The notes below the pieces were generated by a model. That model was not told the origin of the DNA and did not search any database. It saw only the letters and a program-made list of their open reading frames with translations. Position numbers and translations under genes: made by a program. Shown here in pieces: positions 38,586-49,088 of a stretch of DNA of 64,000 nt. This DNA comes from Pseudomonadota bacterium. Its GTDB lineage: Bacteria; Pseudomonadota; Alphaproteobacteria; RF32; CAG-239. Positions within the stretch are counted from its first letter, which is position 1, and every line of letters begins with the position of its first letter. Where the stretch lies: the NCBI GenBank assembly GCA_018362935.1, contig JAHALQ010000005.1:62490-126489 (forward strand), in the 5' to 3' direction.

Positions 38586-39092
38586 TTATTTGGCCAGAAT
38601 ACTCAGAATTTTAGACGTTGCTTCTGCCGGCGCAATATTTTCGCAGACAGCATATTCATTAGCAAGACGGTCAAGTGCCTGCTCATAAATCTGCCGCTCG
38701 CTGTAAGACTGCTCCGCCAGATTCTCGCTGCGGTACAAATCGCGGATAACCTCTGCGATTGCCACCGGGCTGCCCGAATTAATCTTATTCTCGTATTCTT
38801 GAGCGCGGCGCGACCACATAACTTTTTTAACTTTAGCCTTGCCTTTCAGGGTTGTCAGCGCGTCAGCCATTGTATTTTCTTCCGAAATCTTTCTCAAACC
38901 GGTGGTTTCGGCTTTGGACATCGGAATACGAAGCGTCATTTTATCTTTGGCAAAATTAACCACTATTAATTCCAGCTCCGATCCGGCAACGGTCTGCTTG
39001 GTAATATCCGCAACTTTTCCGACGCCGTGAGCAGGATAAACAACATACTCACCAGAACAAAAAGGATTTTTTACTGAGATTTTTTTATTCAT
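38586..39092 (-). CDS. cdnL: CarD-family transcriptional regulator (CdnL)
   Basis: CarD_CdnL_TRCF domain motif YVVYPAHGVGKV. Confidence 0.8.
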   Translation of the reverse strand: MNKKISVKNPFCSGEYVVYPAHGVGKVADITKQTVAGSELELIVVNFAKDKMTLRIPMSKAETTGLRKISEENTMADALTTLKGKAKVKKVMWSRRAQEYENKINSGSPVAIAEVIRDLYRSENLAEQSYSERQIYEQALDRLANEYAVCENIAPAEATSKILSILAK

Positions 39093-39279
39093 ATCATTTC
39101 CCTGTTTTTTATTGATTCTGTGGCGGTTTTATTCAAACACAGCGTTACCATATCACAAAATCCGGTTTAAATCTAGTCAAAAAATAATTTTTTGTCAAAA
39201 ATTGCCCGGCTTTTTAACTCAATATTAATTCTAACTCTTTAGTATAGTTTATAATATCTGTAATAGCGGGAAAATTACG

Positions 39280-41007
39280 ATGAAGAATGCCAGAATATTT
39301 GCTTTTGCTGCTCTGTTGAGCCTGTGCGGAACAGCCCGTGCCGCGGTTGTTCCTGAATATGCCACCAACACCTATAAGAATCACGAATTGTCGCGCGCCG
39401 AGCAAAAATGCATTGACGAAGGCTATAAGATTACTTATGCCAACTGTTCCAATCAGACGGCGCCGGCCGAACGCTGCCCGCATCACGATTCGTACTACCG
39501 CAGTTGTTCTCAGGAGCAATGGTGCCGCAATAATAATTTTACCTTCCTTGAAAAAGACTGCAAAATCCCGCTTTATCCGCACAAAATGTGCGATAACAAG
39601 TTCCCGCTTTACCGCGTTTGCATCGAAAACATCGGCAAAGCCTGTGAAGACAAGGGCTTTGTCCATAAGGACAAATGCCAGCTCAATGACAAAAAGTGCC
39701 CTTATTCGCCCGAATACGGCAAATGCTGCGACAATTGCCCGAAATTCACGCATTCCGTAAATGCCGTCCCCGAGGGCTATGTTGCCTTCGGCGAAACCTG
39801 CACCACCTGTTCCGGCGAAGTCAAAACCAACATCAGGCCGGCAGAATGCGAAGGTTTCCAGAACTGCCGGTACGGGCCGATGAGTTCACAGACGCCATCC
39901 TGCCTGCAAGGAAAGAAGACCTTGTACAGCCTTTGCAAAACCGACGCTATGGTCTGCCAGGAAAAAGGCTTTATCGTCAATTCCTGCGCGGACACGGAAG
40001 ACGCTTTTGATTGCCCCGAAAATCCGAGCTTTAAGCATTGCAAAATCAATTGCCTTAAACTGGCGCGTATCGACAATCCCGAAGCCGATGTCTTTGGCGC
40101 CGACCAGGAAAACCCCATTCTTGACGTAACCAAAAATGAACTGATATCCGTCGTCGGGATGATTGACAAAGACTGCCGCAACCTCGGGCGCCCGACACTC
40201 ACTTTCCGCATTAACAAAAGCAATCTCGAACAATATGCCGGACTGTTCGACCGTTATATTGCCGACGTCAACATCAATCTCATATTTGAAGAACCGGTCA
40301 CCCTCTCGGCCAACGGCAAATACCGCAATGTCAAAATAACCGCGCAGGGCGAATTTGCCGGTTGCCCGCTCAGCGGCCACAAAACCGAAATTCTCGGCAC
40401 TGTCAGTTTTAACAACTTCCCGAATATTTGCACCAATTTTACCGTCTTCCCCAATGCCAAGCTGCTGACCACCGGCAGTATCAAAGGCAATGTGGATGTC
40501 GGCAAAGACGCGGCTCTCGGCATCAAGGGCGACCTCAACGGCGCGCTCAAGGCTCAAAGTTTTGCCGAGATTTTCATTAAAGGTCAGTTGAACTACACGG
40601 ACGAACTAAATAATAACCTTGATAATGAAAGTATCGTCTTTGGCTGCAACTCAAAAATAAAAATCGGCGGCGGCATCAATGCCAAAACGTCCAATGTTGT
40701 CATCAAACAGTGGAGCAAGCTTGACACCCCCTATATCAAAATTACCTCAACCAGTGACAACACGAGCCTGCCAAACACTTTGTCAAGCATACATCTGTAC
40801 AAGTATGCCAAATTGTTCAGCACCTATGAACAAACCGTTTTTCCGCTGGTTGAAAACGACGACGCGCAGTGTGACGACAAATATTACCGGCATCTTGGCT
40901 CCGCCACTGACGCCGCGCTGCAGGAATTCAGCCTGGAACCGTCCAATCGCGGCGAAGACAAATGGCAGTGCCGCAGCCTCACTTTCAAACAGCAGGAGTG
41001 TAACTAA
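39280..41007 (+). CDS. secreted cysteine-rich protein (575 aa) with three C-x-[DE]-[EK]-G-[FY] modules and a beta-rich C-terminal region
   Basis: Signal peptide ...GTARA|AV; modules CIDEGYKITYANC, CEDKGFVHKDKCQ, CQEKGFIVNSCAD; more than 35 Cys in the first 260 aa; the C-terminal half is G/N/K-rich and likely beta-solenoid. Confidence 0.55.
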   Translation: MKNARIFAFAALLSLCGTARAAVVPEYATNTYKNHELSRAEQKCIDEGYKITYANCSNQTAPAERCPHHDSYYRSCSQEQWCRNNNFTFLEKDCKIPLYPHKMCDNKFPLYRVCIENIGKACEDKGFVHKDKCQLNDKKCPYSPEYGKCCDNCPKFTHSVNAVPEGYVAFGETCTTCSGEVKTNIRPAECEGFQNCRYGPMSSQTPSCLQGKKTLYSLCKTDAMVCQEKGFIVNSCADTEDAFDCPENPSFKHCKINCLKLARIDNPEADVFGADQENPILDVTKNELISVVGMIDKDCRNLGRPTLTFRINKSNLEQYAGLFDRYIADVNINLIFEEPVTLSANGKYRNVKITAQGEFAGCPLSGHKTEILGTVSFNNFPNICTNFTVFPNAKLLTTGSIKGNVDVGKDAALGIKGDLNGALKAQSFAEIFIKGQLNYTDELNNNLDNESIVFGCNSKIKIGGGINAKTSNVVIKQWSKLDTPYIKITSTSDNTSLPNTLSSIHLYKYAKLFSTYEQTVFPLVENDDAQCDDKYYRHLGSATDAALQEFSLEPSNRGEDKWQCRSLTFKQQECN

Positions 41008-41009
41008 GG

Positions 41010-41507
41010 CTATGGGTTGACATTGGGCGAATATATGGTTTCCGGATTACTCGGATTGCCGATTGCCTTAAGATCCTTAACCGGATAGGCCTGTACGTCA
41101 TAAACCATGCCGTCGGCTTCCATAAGAGTATTTTGGAACTGTTTGCCCAGATTTTCCGATGAGGCGTTGCCGTCAGGCTGCGCCTTTTCTGCTTTCTGAA
41201 GTTCTCCCGCCGTCGGTGCAGACGCATTTATCCCGGCCGGGAGCTGCGCCGGCTGCCCGGGCTCTGCAATGACTTCCGGCAGCGGATTACCCAGCGGATT
41301 GACATTATTGTCCGGCTGTTCGACAATCACCTCGTCGGTCTTCCCGTCCGGACGCCGGGATTTTCCGAACACGACCGTCGGAGCCGTTTCCGTCTGCATT
41401 TGCGCATTTTCTTCTTGTATCCCTTGAGCCTGCGCCGGCCTTGAACCGCTGTTTACCGCACAGGCAATCCACAACAGCATCGCAAAATTTTTCATCATTT
41501 CCGACAT
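41010..41507 (-). CDS. secreted proline-rich hypothetical protein
   Basis: Signal peptide; GGAGGAGGA RBS. Confidence 0.45.
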   Translation of the reverse strand: MSEMMKNFAMLLWIACAVNSGSRPAQAQGIQEENAQMQTETAPTVVFGKSRRPDGKTDEVIVEQPDNNVNPLGNPLPEVIAEPGQPAQLPAGINASAPTAGELQKAEKAQPDGNASSENLGKQFQNTLMEADGMVYDVQAYPVKDLKAIGNPSNPETIYSPNVNP

Positions 41508-41626
41508 TTAAAATCCTCCTCCGCTGCTTATTAAATAGTCACGCTTTAACCAAAAACAAGGGGGATTAAGAATCTCTTAAGCCTTTTGCGCTACACTGGA
41601 TAAATCTGGAATAAGGAGAACAGTAA

Positions 41627-41800
41627 ATGTCCGAATTAGGAGCCCTCAGCAGTTACGCGCTGGCCATTCAGCAGACTCAGATGAGCCTGATAAAAAACAG
41701 TGCCGAAATGCAGCAAAAACTTGTTGAGGTATTATTTGAAGACAACCGCAGCGTTCCGGCATCTTCCGATGTCGGGCAAAACGTCGACGTTTCAATTTAG
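41627..41800 (+). CDS. small protein resembling the YjfB putative motility protein family (57 aa)
   Basis: Absent from the ORF track because it is under 60 aa; strong AAGGAGAA RBS; ...SSDVGQNVDVSI C-terminus like the YjfB family. Confidence 0.4.
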   Translation: MSELGALSSYALAIQQTQMSLIKNSAEMQQKLVEVLFEDNRSVPASSDVGQNVDVSI

Positions 41801-42114
41801 AAACTGAGCATTATAATAAACGAAATTGTCAGGCCGCAGGCGAGAACAAATTTGACAATTCCGCCCAGCCCCGCAAATATCATCGCGGTATAATCCAGAT
41901 TAACGCCGTCGTCTTTATAGACTTTCTTAAACAAAAATACATGGGCAAAAGAAATCAGCGCCGCCAGAGCGTATAAATGATAATCGCTGAACAGCTCGCG
42001 CATCTGCTCCGCATCCATCCGAATCATGCAGTAGACTGCCAGAAAAATTCCCAGTAATACCATCGGGTTTAAAATCGCGCCCGACGTAAACAGCGCCATA
42101 ATACCTTTAATCAT
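41797..42114 (-). CDS. hypothetical membrane protein (3 transmembrane helices)
   Basis: Hydrophobic segments only. Confidence 0.4.
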   Translation of the reverse strand: MIKGIMALFTSGAILNPMVLLGIFLAVYCMIRMDAEQMRELFSDYHLYALAALISFAHVFLFKKVYKDDGVNLDYTAMIFAGLGGIVKFVLACGLTISFIIMLSF

Positions 42115-42123
42115 AAATTAATC

Positions 42124-42348
42124 CTAACGGGTTTCCCAAACGCGGCGGCTTAAATATCTGCCGTCTGCCGCTTTCATATTAGTCGGCCAGACACAGCGGG
42201 TCGTTCCGTTGCTGCCGCTGAAACGGACTTCCGAATCTTTCATCCGGGCAACCACCAGCGAAGCTATCCCCCGGCTCTGTATGCCGACTTTGCGTCCGCG
42301 CTGCCAGTCAAATAAAGACCTGTCGATTGTTTTCTGCATCCTTGTCAT
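42124..42348 (-). CDS. hypothetical small basic protein
   Basis: AGGGAG RBS; no recognisable domain. Confidence 0.3.
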   Translation of the reverse strand: MTRMQKTIDRSLFDWQRGRKVGIQSRGIASLVVARMKDSEVRFSGSNGTTRCVWPTNMKAADGRYLSRRVWETR

Positions 42349-42402
42349 CTCCCTGAAAGAGCTTTATCTCCTCCAGTCTAGGCTCAATTAGTAAATAAAA
42401 AT

Positions 42403-43764
42403 TTAAGATTGGGCATCGCGCAGTTTTTCAATCAGTGCCAACAAACGCCTGCCTGCTTCGTCAACTTTGGCGGCATTGCTGCCGCAGACCCACACGCGGA
42501 TAAGCGGTTCGGTGCCTGACGGATGGATAACCGCCCGGCCGCAATCGCCCAGATTCCGCCGACATTCTTCCAACAAAGACTGCACTTCGGTGCTCAGCGC
42601 AATCGGTTTCACCTGTTCACGGCTGTTCAGCCGCGGATTTTCAAAAAACAAATGTTCAAATTCAAACAGCGGAAAAATCTCGCTCATTTTTTTGCCGGAA
42701 GCCTTAAGCCCTTCTGCCAAAACCAGTGATATTATCAACGCATCGCCGGAACGGCTGTAATCCGACAAGACGATATGTCCAGATTCCTCGCCGCCGACCG
42801 CACCGCCTGTTTCACACATTTTTTCGACGACCGGACGTTCGCCGACCGGCGTGGAATAATAGTCCAGCCCGAGCTTTCCGCGCACAAATTTCTCCAATCC
42901 GGTATTGGACAGGATTGTCGATACCACCGGGCGCCCGCGATTCACGCCTTTTTGCTCCAGATACTGGGCCAGAAAAGCAATCAGCTGTTCGCTTCTGACC
43001 AATTCGCCTTTCTCGTCGCAGACTTTAATCCGGTCTCCGTCGCCGTCAACGGCTATCCCCAAGTCAGCGCCGAAAGCCCTGACTTCTGCCAGCATATTTT
43101 CCACATGCTGTGACCCGCAATCGCGGTTGATGTTATAACCGTCGGGTGAACAGGCAATTGCCTTGACATCGGCGCCAAGCTCGGCAAACAATTCCGGCAT
43201 TATTGCCGAAAAACAGCCGTTGGCACAGTCAAGTACGATTTTCAGGCCTTGCAGCGGTTTGCTGCCCTCGGCGGTTGACAGAGCAATTTGCTTATATTTG
43301 TTCAAAACTTCGTCCGAACAGCTTTTGCACCCGATTTTTTCGGCTTCGAAAACAAAATTATTTTGCTCAATCAAGGCTTCAAGCCGCGCAGTCATCTCGT
43401 CGGAAAACTTATTGCCGTCAGCCGCAATCAGCTTAATGCCGTTGTCATGATACGGATTATGCGACGCGGTAATCATCACTGCCATATCGACGCCAAGCTG
43501 CGGGGTCAGGCTGGTGACCGCCGGAGTCGGCACCACCCCGAGCGACATAACATCAATGCCGGAAGACAGAAAACCGGCGCTGAGCGCCGCCTCGAGCATA
43601 TCGCCGGATATGCGGGTATCTCTGGCAATCGCAACTTTTTTCTGTTTGTCACAAATCAGGACAGACGCGGCTGCGGCCAGCCGAAAAGCAAAATCCGCGT
43701 TCATCGGAAAAACATTAGCAACACCGCGAACCCCGTCAGTTCCGAACCATTTGTTTTTAGCCAT
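42403..43764 (-). CDS. glmM: phosphoglucosamine mutase
   Basis: Active-site motif TASHNP and the alpha-D-phosphohexomutase domains. Confidence 0.9.
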   Translation of the reverse strand: MAKNKWFGTDGVRGVANVFPMNADFAFRLAAAASVLICDKQKKVAIARDTRISGDMLEAALSAGFLSSGIDVMSLGVVPTPAVTSLTPQLGVDMAVMITASHNPYHDNGIKLIAADGNKFSDEMTARLEALIEQNNFVFEAEKIGCKSCSDEVLNKYKQIALSTAEGSKPLQGLKIVLDCANGCFSAIMPELFAELGADVKAIACSPDGYNINRDCGSQHVENMLAEVRAFGADLGIAVDGDGDRIKVCDEKGELVRSEQLIAFLAQYLEQKGVNRGRPVVSTILSNTGLEKFVRGKLGLDYYSTPVGERPVVEKMCETGGAVGGEESGHIVLSDYSRSGDALIISLVLAEGLKASGKKMSEIFPLFEFEHLFFENPRLNSREQVKPIALSTEVQSLLEECRRNLGDCGRAVIHPSGTEPLIRVWVCGSNAAKVDEAGRRLLALIEKLRDAQS

Positions 43765-43951
43765 GGCAAATCTCCGTAGTCATTGTTTTCAGTTATTGTC
43801 GCAGATACAGCGCAAAACTCAATCAATGATAAAGAGATATTCACTTCTTTTCGAGTCGCCATTTTAAATGGGTTCAGTAATTTCTGTATTAGCTGGCCGC
43901 TATACGCCTTTTTTAATTGCTTTTCAATAAAAGAGTTTTTATACTGCTTTT

Positions 43952-44115
43952 GCTTGCGACGTGTTGCCGCAGCGGAGTGTAGTAACTCCTTCACAGTAAA
44001 GAACAACTCCTTATCTGGGGAGCCGGGGGAATAAGCGTGCCTGCACGACGAAGAACCCGGACTGTTCTGTGACAGTCTTCTAACTCCCCGCCTTTGATTT
44101 TTTAAAGGCGGTTTC
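43952..44115 (+). ncRNA. candidate structured small RNA, copy 2 (promoter TTGCTT-17-TATACT at 43917-43945), 3' end eroded
   Basis: Colinear with 22161-22328; stems are preserved by paired substitutions (CATG/CATG becomes CGTG/CACG; CCTTAA/TTAAGG becomes CCTTTGA/TAAAGG); the U tract is lost to a ~120-nt deletion. Confidence 0.35.
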
Positions 44116-44119
44116 AATC

Positions 44120-44250
44120 GTCTGCGACTTGTCCGCCGATACCATTGAACGGATTGAAAACGGCTTGGGTGTTTCAATCAGAAAATATATTCACCTGCTG
44201 CGCTATTATCACAAAGAGATAAAAGTTGAACTGGTTGATTACAACCAATA
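44120..44250 (+). pseudogene. 5'-deleted remnant of the XRE-family regulator (paralog of 22355-22597)
   Basis: Translates in frame as VCDLSADTIERIENGLGVSIRKYIHLLRYYHKEIKVELVDYNQ*; the RBS, start codon and first ~35 codons are missing. Confidence 0.5.
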
Positions 44251-44332
44251 AATAACAGGCACAACGCCAAAAAGCTCGGAGAACTAGATGAGCCATTATA
44301 CGGGCTTTCCGGAAAGCTTGGAGTTTGAGCTT

Positions 44333-44402
44333 TATAATAAAAATTTAGGGCGGCGAAAGCGGAGTGTACTTTAGTGCGTACATGAGCATTTCGCCGACCC
44401 GC
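44333..44402 (-). terminator. complex palindromic intrinsic terminator, member 2 (downstream of ftsH)
   Basis: GGGCGGCGAAAgcggag[TGTAC..GTACA]tgagcaTTTCGCCGaCCCGC; the inner stem covaries relative to copy 1 (TTTAC/GTAAA). Confidence 0.5.
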
Positions 44403-44458
44403 TAATTTTGTATTAGAAAGCCAAAATACAAGCTTTCAACTAGACGAGCTTTTCCCTG

Positions 44459-46324
44459 CTATACTTCGGGTAACGAACTATGCACCCTCTTCTCTTCCGG
44501 CACCGGAGATTCGGAAGACTTGTCTATCGGTTTGCCGTCAAGCAGGTCTTTGATTTCGTCGCCGGTCAGGGTTTCATATTCCATCAGCGCCGAAGCCAGA
44601 GCTTCCCAGTCCTTTTCGTGCTCTTTAAGAAGCTGCGTCGCCTGCTCATGCGCGGTAACAACCAGATTTTTAATCTCGGCGTCAACCAGACGGGCGGTCT
44701 CTTCGCTCATGTTTTTGCTCTGCGTCACAGACTTGCCGAGAAAAACTTCGCCGGTATTTTCCGCATAAAGAACCGGGCCGAGCTTCTCGCTCATTCCCCA
44801 TTCCGTTACCATAGAACGCGCAAGGTTGGTCGCCGCGGCAATATCCGAAGACGCGCCGCTGGTTACTTTCTTGGCGCCGAACTTAAGTTCTTCGGCAACG
44901 CGGCCGCCCATCATGATAATCAGGCGCGACAGCATCTTAATCCGCGAATAGGAATACTGGTCTTTTTCCGGCAGCTGCTGCACCATGCCGAGTGCCCGCC
45001 CGCGCGGAATAATCGTCGCTTTGTGAATCGGGTCGCTGTCTTCGACAAACAGGGAGCAAATCGCATGCCCGGCTTCATGATACGCCGTCAGCCGTTTTTC
45101 GTTTTCATCCATTGCCATAGAGCGGCGTTCGCTGCCCATCAAGACCTTGTCTTTGGCTTCGTCAAAGTCTTTGGATGTCACTTTATGCTTGTTTTTGCGC
45201 GCGGCCAGCAGAGCGGCTTCATTAACCAGATTCGCCAAATCGGCGCCGGAAAAACCGGGCGTGCCGCGGGCAACCACCGACAAATTGACATCGCGTGCCA
45301 GCGGAACGTTACGGGCGTGGACTTTCAAAATTTCTTCGCGGCCTTTCTTGTCCGGATTCGTCACCGTGACCTGGCGGTCAAAACGCCCCGGGCGCAACAG
45401 CGCCGGATCCAAAACATCCGGGCGGTTGGTCGCCGCAATCAGAATAACGTTTTCATTGGCTTCAAAACCGTCCATTTCGACCAGCAGCTGATTCAGCGTC
45501 TGCTCGCGTTCGTCATTGCCGCCGCCCAGACCGGCGCCGCGATGGCGGCCGACCGCGTCAATTTCGTCAATGAACAACAGGCAAGGCGCGTTTTTCTTAG
45601 CCTGCGCAAACATATCGCGCACGCGGCTCGCGCCGACGCCGACAAACATTTCGACAAAGTCCGAACCGGAAATAGAAAAGAACGGCACATCCGCTTCGCC
45701 GGCAACAGCTTTTGCCAACAGGGTTTTGCCGGTACCCGGAGGGCCGACCATCAAAACGCCTTTCGGAATTTTTCCGCCCAAACGCTGGAATTTCTCCGGG
45801 TCTTTCAGGAAGTCGATAATTTCTTCCAGCTCTTGCTTGGCTTCGTCAGCACCAGCCACATCGGCAAAAGTCACCTTTTTGGTATTTTCAATCAACCGCG
45901 CGCGCGACTTTCCGAAGCTCATTGCCTTGTTATTGCCGGAATTGGCCTGCCGCATAAAGAAAATCCAAACGCCGATAAGCAGCAGCATCGGGAACCACGA
46001 AATCAGCATCCCCCACAAATTGTCGGAAGTATTGCTTTCCGGCTGAGCCGAAACCTTAACGTCGTTTTTGCGCAGCATTTCGACCATGGTCGGGTCAAAC
46101 GGCGCGTAAGTATAGAAACGCTTGCCGTCAGTATAGGTACCCGAAATGCTGGCGCCTTCAATTGTCACTTCGGCAATTTTTTTGTTTTCGACATGGTTCA
46201 TAAATTCCGAAAAAGCGAGCTTTTCCGAATTGACCCTGTCACCGCCCGGCACAAACATGTTCATTGCTGCCGAAAGCAGAATAAAGGCCACAACCCAGAC
46301 AATAATATTTCTTGCGTTTCTCAT
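44459..46324 (-). CDS. ftsH: ATP-dependent zinc metalloprotease FtsH
   Basis: AAA+ motifs GPPGTGKT and SRF, plus the HEAGH zinc site. Confidence 0.95.
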   Translation of the reverse strand: MRNARNIIVWVVAFILLSAAMNMFVPGGDRVNSEKLAFSEFMNHVENKKIAEVTIEGASISGTYTDGKRFYTYAPFDPTMVEMLRKNDVKVSAQPESNTSDNLWGMLISWFPMLLLIGVWIFFMRQANSGNNKAMSFGKSRARLIENTKKVTFADVAGADEAKQELEEIIDFLKDPEKFQRLGGKIPKGVLMVGPPGTGKTLLAKAVAGEADVPFFSISGSDFVEMFVGVGASRVRDMFAQAKKNAPCLLFIDEIDAVGRHRGAGLGGGNDEREQTLNQLLVEMDGFEANENVILIAATNRPDVLDPALLRPGRFDRQVTVTNPDKKGREEILKVHARNVPLARDVNLSVVARGTPGFSGADLANLVNEAALLAARKNKHKVTSKDFDEAKDKVLMGSERRSMAMDENEKRLTAYHEAGHAICSLFVEDSDPIHKATIIPRGRALGMVQQLPEKDQYSYSRIKMLSRLIIMMGGRVAEELKFGAKKVTSGASSDIAAATNLARSMVTEWGMSEKLGPVLYAENTGEVFLGKSVTQSKNMSEETARLVDAEIKNLVVTAHEQATQLLKEHEKDWEALASALMEYETLTGDEIKDLLDGKPIDKSSESPVPEEKRVHSSLPEV

Positions 46325-46413
46325 ATTGGTTCCTCAAAACAGGTTAACTGACTTTCTATATATAAGTTTTTTATTTGCAAAACTCAAGCACGAATGTTCA
46401 CCCGCCCCCAGCC

Positions 46414-46441
46414 GATAAAAAAACGGCCGGGATCCCGGCCG
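46414..46441 (-). terminator. intrinsic terminator downstream of the dsbA-like gene
   Basis: CGGCCGGGA-tc-CCGGCCG with a T7 tract on the minus strand. Confidence 0.55.
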
Positions 46442-46466
46442 TTTCGATACATTTTCAAACTAAAGA

Positions 46467-47192
46467 TTATTTAGCCTGATTAATGGCATCCTGAAGAACG
46501 CCCTCATCCAGAGTTTGAATGATTTTTCCGTTCAGAATCAAAGTCGGAACGCCGTTAACCTGGATTTTGGCAGCCAGATTAGAAGTCTCGTCCAAAGCCT
46601 TGTTGACTTTTTCAGATTCCATATCGGCTTTCATTTTTTCCAGATCGACACCGGCCTTAACAGCGGCTTCGTCGATTTTGGCTTCGGTCAGAGGACCGCT
46701 GATTTCAAAAATAGCCGTATAAACTTCCGAGAACTTGCCCTGCTCTTTAGCGGCCAGAGAAGCCTTGGCGGCATACTTAGACATCGGTGACAGGAATGCC
46801 AGAGGTTTGGCGACAACTTTCAAATCGTCGTTCTTGGCCAGAACATTTTTCAAAACCGGATAGATTTTGTGGCAGTAGCCGCAGGAATAGTCAAAGAATT
46901 CAACCAAAACGACCTTGCCGTCCGGATTTCCGAGGAAACCGTCAGCCGGATTTTTGGTCAGTTCTTCTTCGCTCTGAGCCAGAAGTTCCTGCGCTCTTTT
47001 CTGAGCTTCTTCTCTCTGTCTGGTCTCATAGTTCTGCATAGCCTGGATAATCATTTCCGGATTTTCGTTCAGGGCCTGTTCGACACTGACCGAATTACCG
47101 CCCTTGTTGCAGCAGACAATGCACATAACCAATGCGGCAATGGCAACGACCAGCGCTGCCAGAGATACATATACAGCATTAATTTTATTCAT
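46467..47192 (-). CDS. DsbA-family thiol:disulfide oxidoreductase
   Basis: Signal anchor; thioredoxin-fold CGYC active site. Confidence 0.7.
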   Translation of the reverse strand: MNKINAVYVSLAALVVAIAALVMCIVCCNKGGNSVSVEQALNENPEMIIQAMQNYETRQREEAQKRAQELLAQSEEELTKNPADGFLGNPDGKVVLVEFFDYSCGYCHKIYPVLKNVLAKNDDLKVVAKPLAFLSPMSKYAAKASLAAKEQGKFSEVYTAIFEISGPLTEAKIDEAAVKAGVDLEKMKADMESEKVNKALDETSNLAAKIQVNGVPTLILNGKIIQTLDEGVLQDAINQAK

Positions 47193-47361
47193 GTTAAATT
47201 CCTCAAAGTTATTTATTATCAACTCATCTAATCTAACAAACTATTAGATATTTACAAGCGGAAAATAATATTTATTTATTAGATTTGTTAAAATGGTAAA
47301 TTATTTTTTCATAAATGAGTGATATATCTGACTTAAGTTTAAACCTTTAGAAAGCTGTAAA

Positions 47362-48021
47362 ATGTTTCATATTAACGTATCTCTTTTTTCCAAAACCAAA
47401 AGCCTTGAAAATAAAATCGACTTTTTCCATGACAAGCTGCTTGACGCGGCCATGACATTTAAAAAAGCGGTTCGCGTCTTTCTCGACGAAGGGCGCAGCG
47501 AAGACTATAAAAAACTGTCCAAACAGGTCAAACAGATTGAGCACGACGCCGACAACCTGCGCCGCGAAATTGAAAACAGCCTTTATGCCGAAAACCTGAT
47601 TCCCGATTTGCGCGCCGACGTTTTGCACCTGGTTGAGAACCTTGACAAAGTCATCAATAAGTTTGATGAAGTGACCTATATGTTTTATATCGAAAAACCC
47701 GAAGTCGACCAAGCGTACCATATTCGGATTAACGAACTCTGCGACCTCAGCGCCGAATGCGCCGAAAACATGGCCAAAGCCAGCCGCGCCTTTTTCCGCG
47801 ACCTCAGCTCGGTACGCGACTATTCGCAAAAGGTCTACTTCATTGAACATGAATCCGACATCAGCGCCGACAATCTGCGCAAAGCCGTCTTTGATTCTGA
47901 ACTGCCGTTGGCCAACAAGCTCCAGTTGTCAAACTTCATCAACGAAATTGCCGATATCGCCGACATTGCCGAAGACTTCATTGATGAACTGCTCATCTTC
48001 ACGATTAAGAGAGATATTTAA
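47362..48021 (+). CDS. PhoU-like DUF47 protein (phosphate-transport regulator-related), partner of PiT
   Basis: DUF47/TIGR00153-like helical protein immediately upstream of pit. Confidence 0.7.
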   Translation: MFHINVSLFSKTKSLENKIDFFHDKLLDAAMTFKKAVRVFLDEGRSEDYKKLSKQVKQIEHDADNLRREIENSLYAENLIPDLRADVLHLVENLDKVINKFDEVTYMFYIEKPEVDQAYHIRINELCDLSAECAENMAKASRAFFRDLSSVRDYSQKVYFIEHESDISADNLRKAVFDSELPLANKLQLSNFINEIADIADIAEDFIDELLIFTIKRDI

Positions 48022-48023
48022 CC

Positions 48024-49079
48024 ATGGATTTGACTTTTTTGCTGTTTTTGAGTTCCGGTTTGTTTTTAGGGTGGTCGCTCGGCGCCAATGATGCGTCTAA
48101 CATTTTCGGCACCGCCGTCGGCACCAAAATGGTCAGCTTCCGCACCGCCGCGGTTATATCTTCGATTTTTATCATTATCGGCGCGGTCTATGCCGGTTCG
48201 GGCGCTTCGCAGACTTTGGGGCATCTAGGCACGATTAATACGCTTCCCGGCGCTTTTATGTCCGCTTTGGCCGCCGCCCTGACCATCTACTGGATGGTAC
48301 TGTCTTCCATGCCCATTTCCACCTCTCAGGCGATTGTCGGCGCCATTATCGGCTGGAACTTTTTTTCCGGCAAACCGACCGATATCAGCGTTTTAAGCCA
48401 GATTGTCAGCACCTGGGTAGTCTGCCCGATTCTTTCAGGCCTGATTGCCGTTTTTCTTTATTGGCTGGTACGCGTGATTATCCGCAAGTCACACATCCAC
48501 TTGCTGCGCCAAGACAGCTATACCCGCGCAGGATTGATTATCGCCGGCGCATTCGGCGCCTATGCGCTGGGCGCCAACAACATTGCCAATGTTATGGGCG
48601 TATTTGTCAATTCGTCGCCGCTGCACAGCGTCAATTTCGGATGGGGTATCGTGCTGAGCGCCACACAGGTTTTGTTTCTGATTGGCGGCATCGCCATCAG
48701 CTTTGGCGTCGCGACTTACTCGCACAAAGTCATGAACACCGTCGGTAACTCGATTATGAAAATGTCGCCGCTCATGGCCTGGGTCGTGGTCGTGTCACAG
48801 TCTTTGGTGCTGTTTTTGTTTGCCTCGCAAAACCTCAAATATTTTCTGATGTCGCATGACCTGCCTTCGCTGCCTCTTGTTCCGGTATCCAGCTCACAGG
48901 CGGTCATCGGCGCGTTGATTGGCATCGGCCTGGCACGCGGCGGCAGAACACTGCATTGGGGGCTCATCGGGAAAATAGCCCTCAGCTGGATAACCACGCC
49001 GATAATTGCCGCCATTGTCTGCTATGTCTCGCTGTTCTTTTTGCAAAATGTCTTCGGACAAGTGGTCTTTCTGCCCTAG
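48024..49079 (+). CDS. pit: inorganic phosphate transporter, PiT family
   Basis: GANDxxN motifs in both halves (GANDASNIFG, GANNIANVMG). Confidence 0.85.
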   Translation: MDLTFLLFLSSGLFLGWSLGANDASNIFGTAVGTKMVSFRTAAVISSIFIIIGAVYAGSGASQTLGHLGTINTLPGAFMSALAAALTIYWMVLSSMPISTSQAIVGAIIGWNFFSGKPTDISVLSQIVSTWVVCPILSGLIAVFLYWLVRVIIRKSHIHLLRQDSYTRAGLIIAGAFGAYALGANNIANVMGVFVNSSPLHSVNFGWGIVLSATQVLFLIGGIAISFGVATYSHKVMNTVGNSIMKMSPLMAWVVVVSQSLVLFLFASQNLKYFLMSHDLPSLPLVPVSSSQAVIGALIGIGLARGGRTLHWGLIGKIALSWITTPIIAAIVCYVSLFFLQNVFGQVVFLP

Positions 49080-49088
49080 GAGCATCTC

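Noticed and set aside
42124-42348. Possible NDUFS4-like ETC complex I small subunit
   Set aside because: The alignment was unconvincing, so it is left as hypothetical.
22122-44432. Direct repeats 21.8 kb apart as boundaries of a genomic island or integrative element
   Set aside because: The intervening region is core housekeeping (rarA, truA, hslO, glmM and others). No integrase or tRNA is present. The XRE paralogs are diverged (~60% aa), so this is an old duplication.
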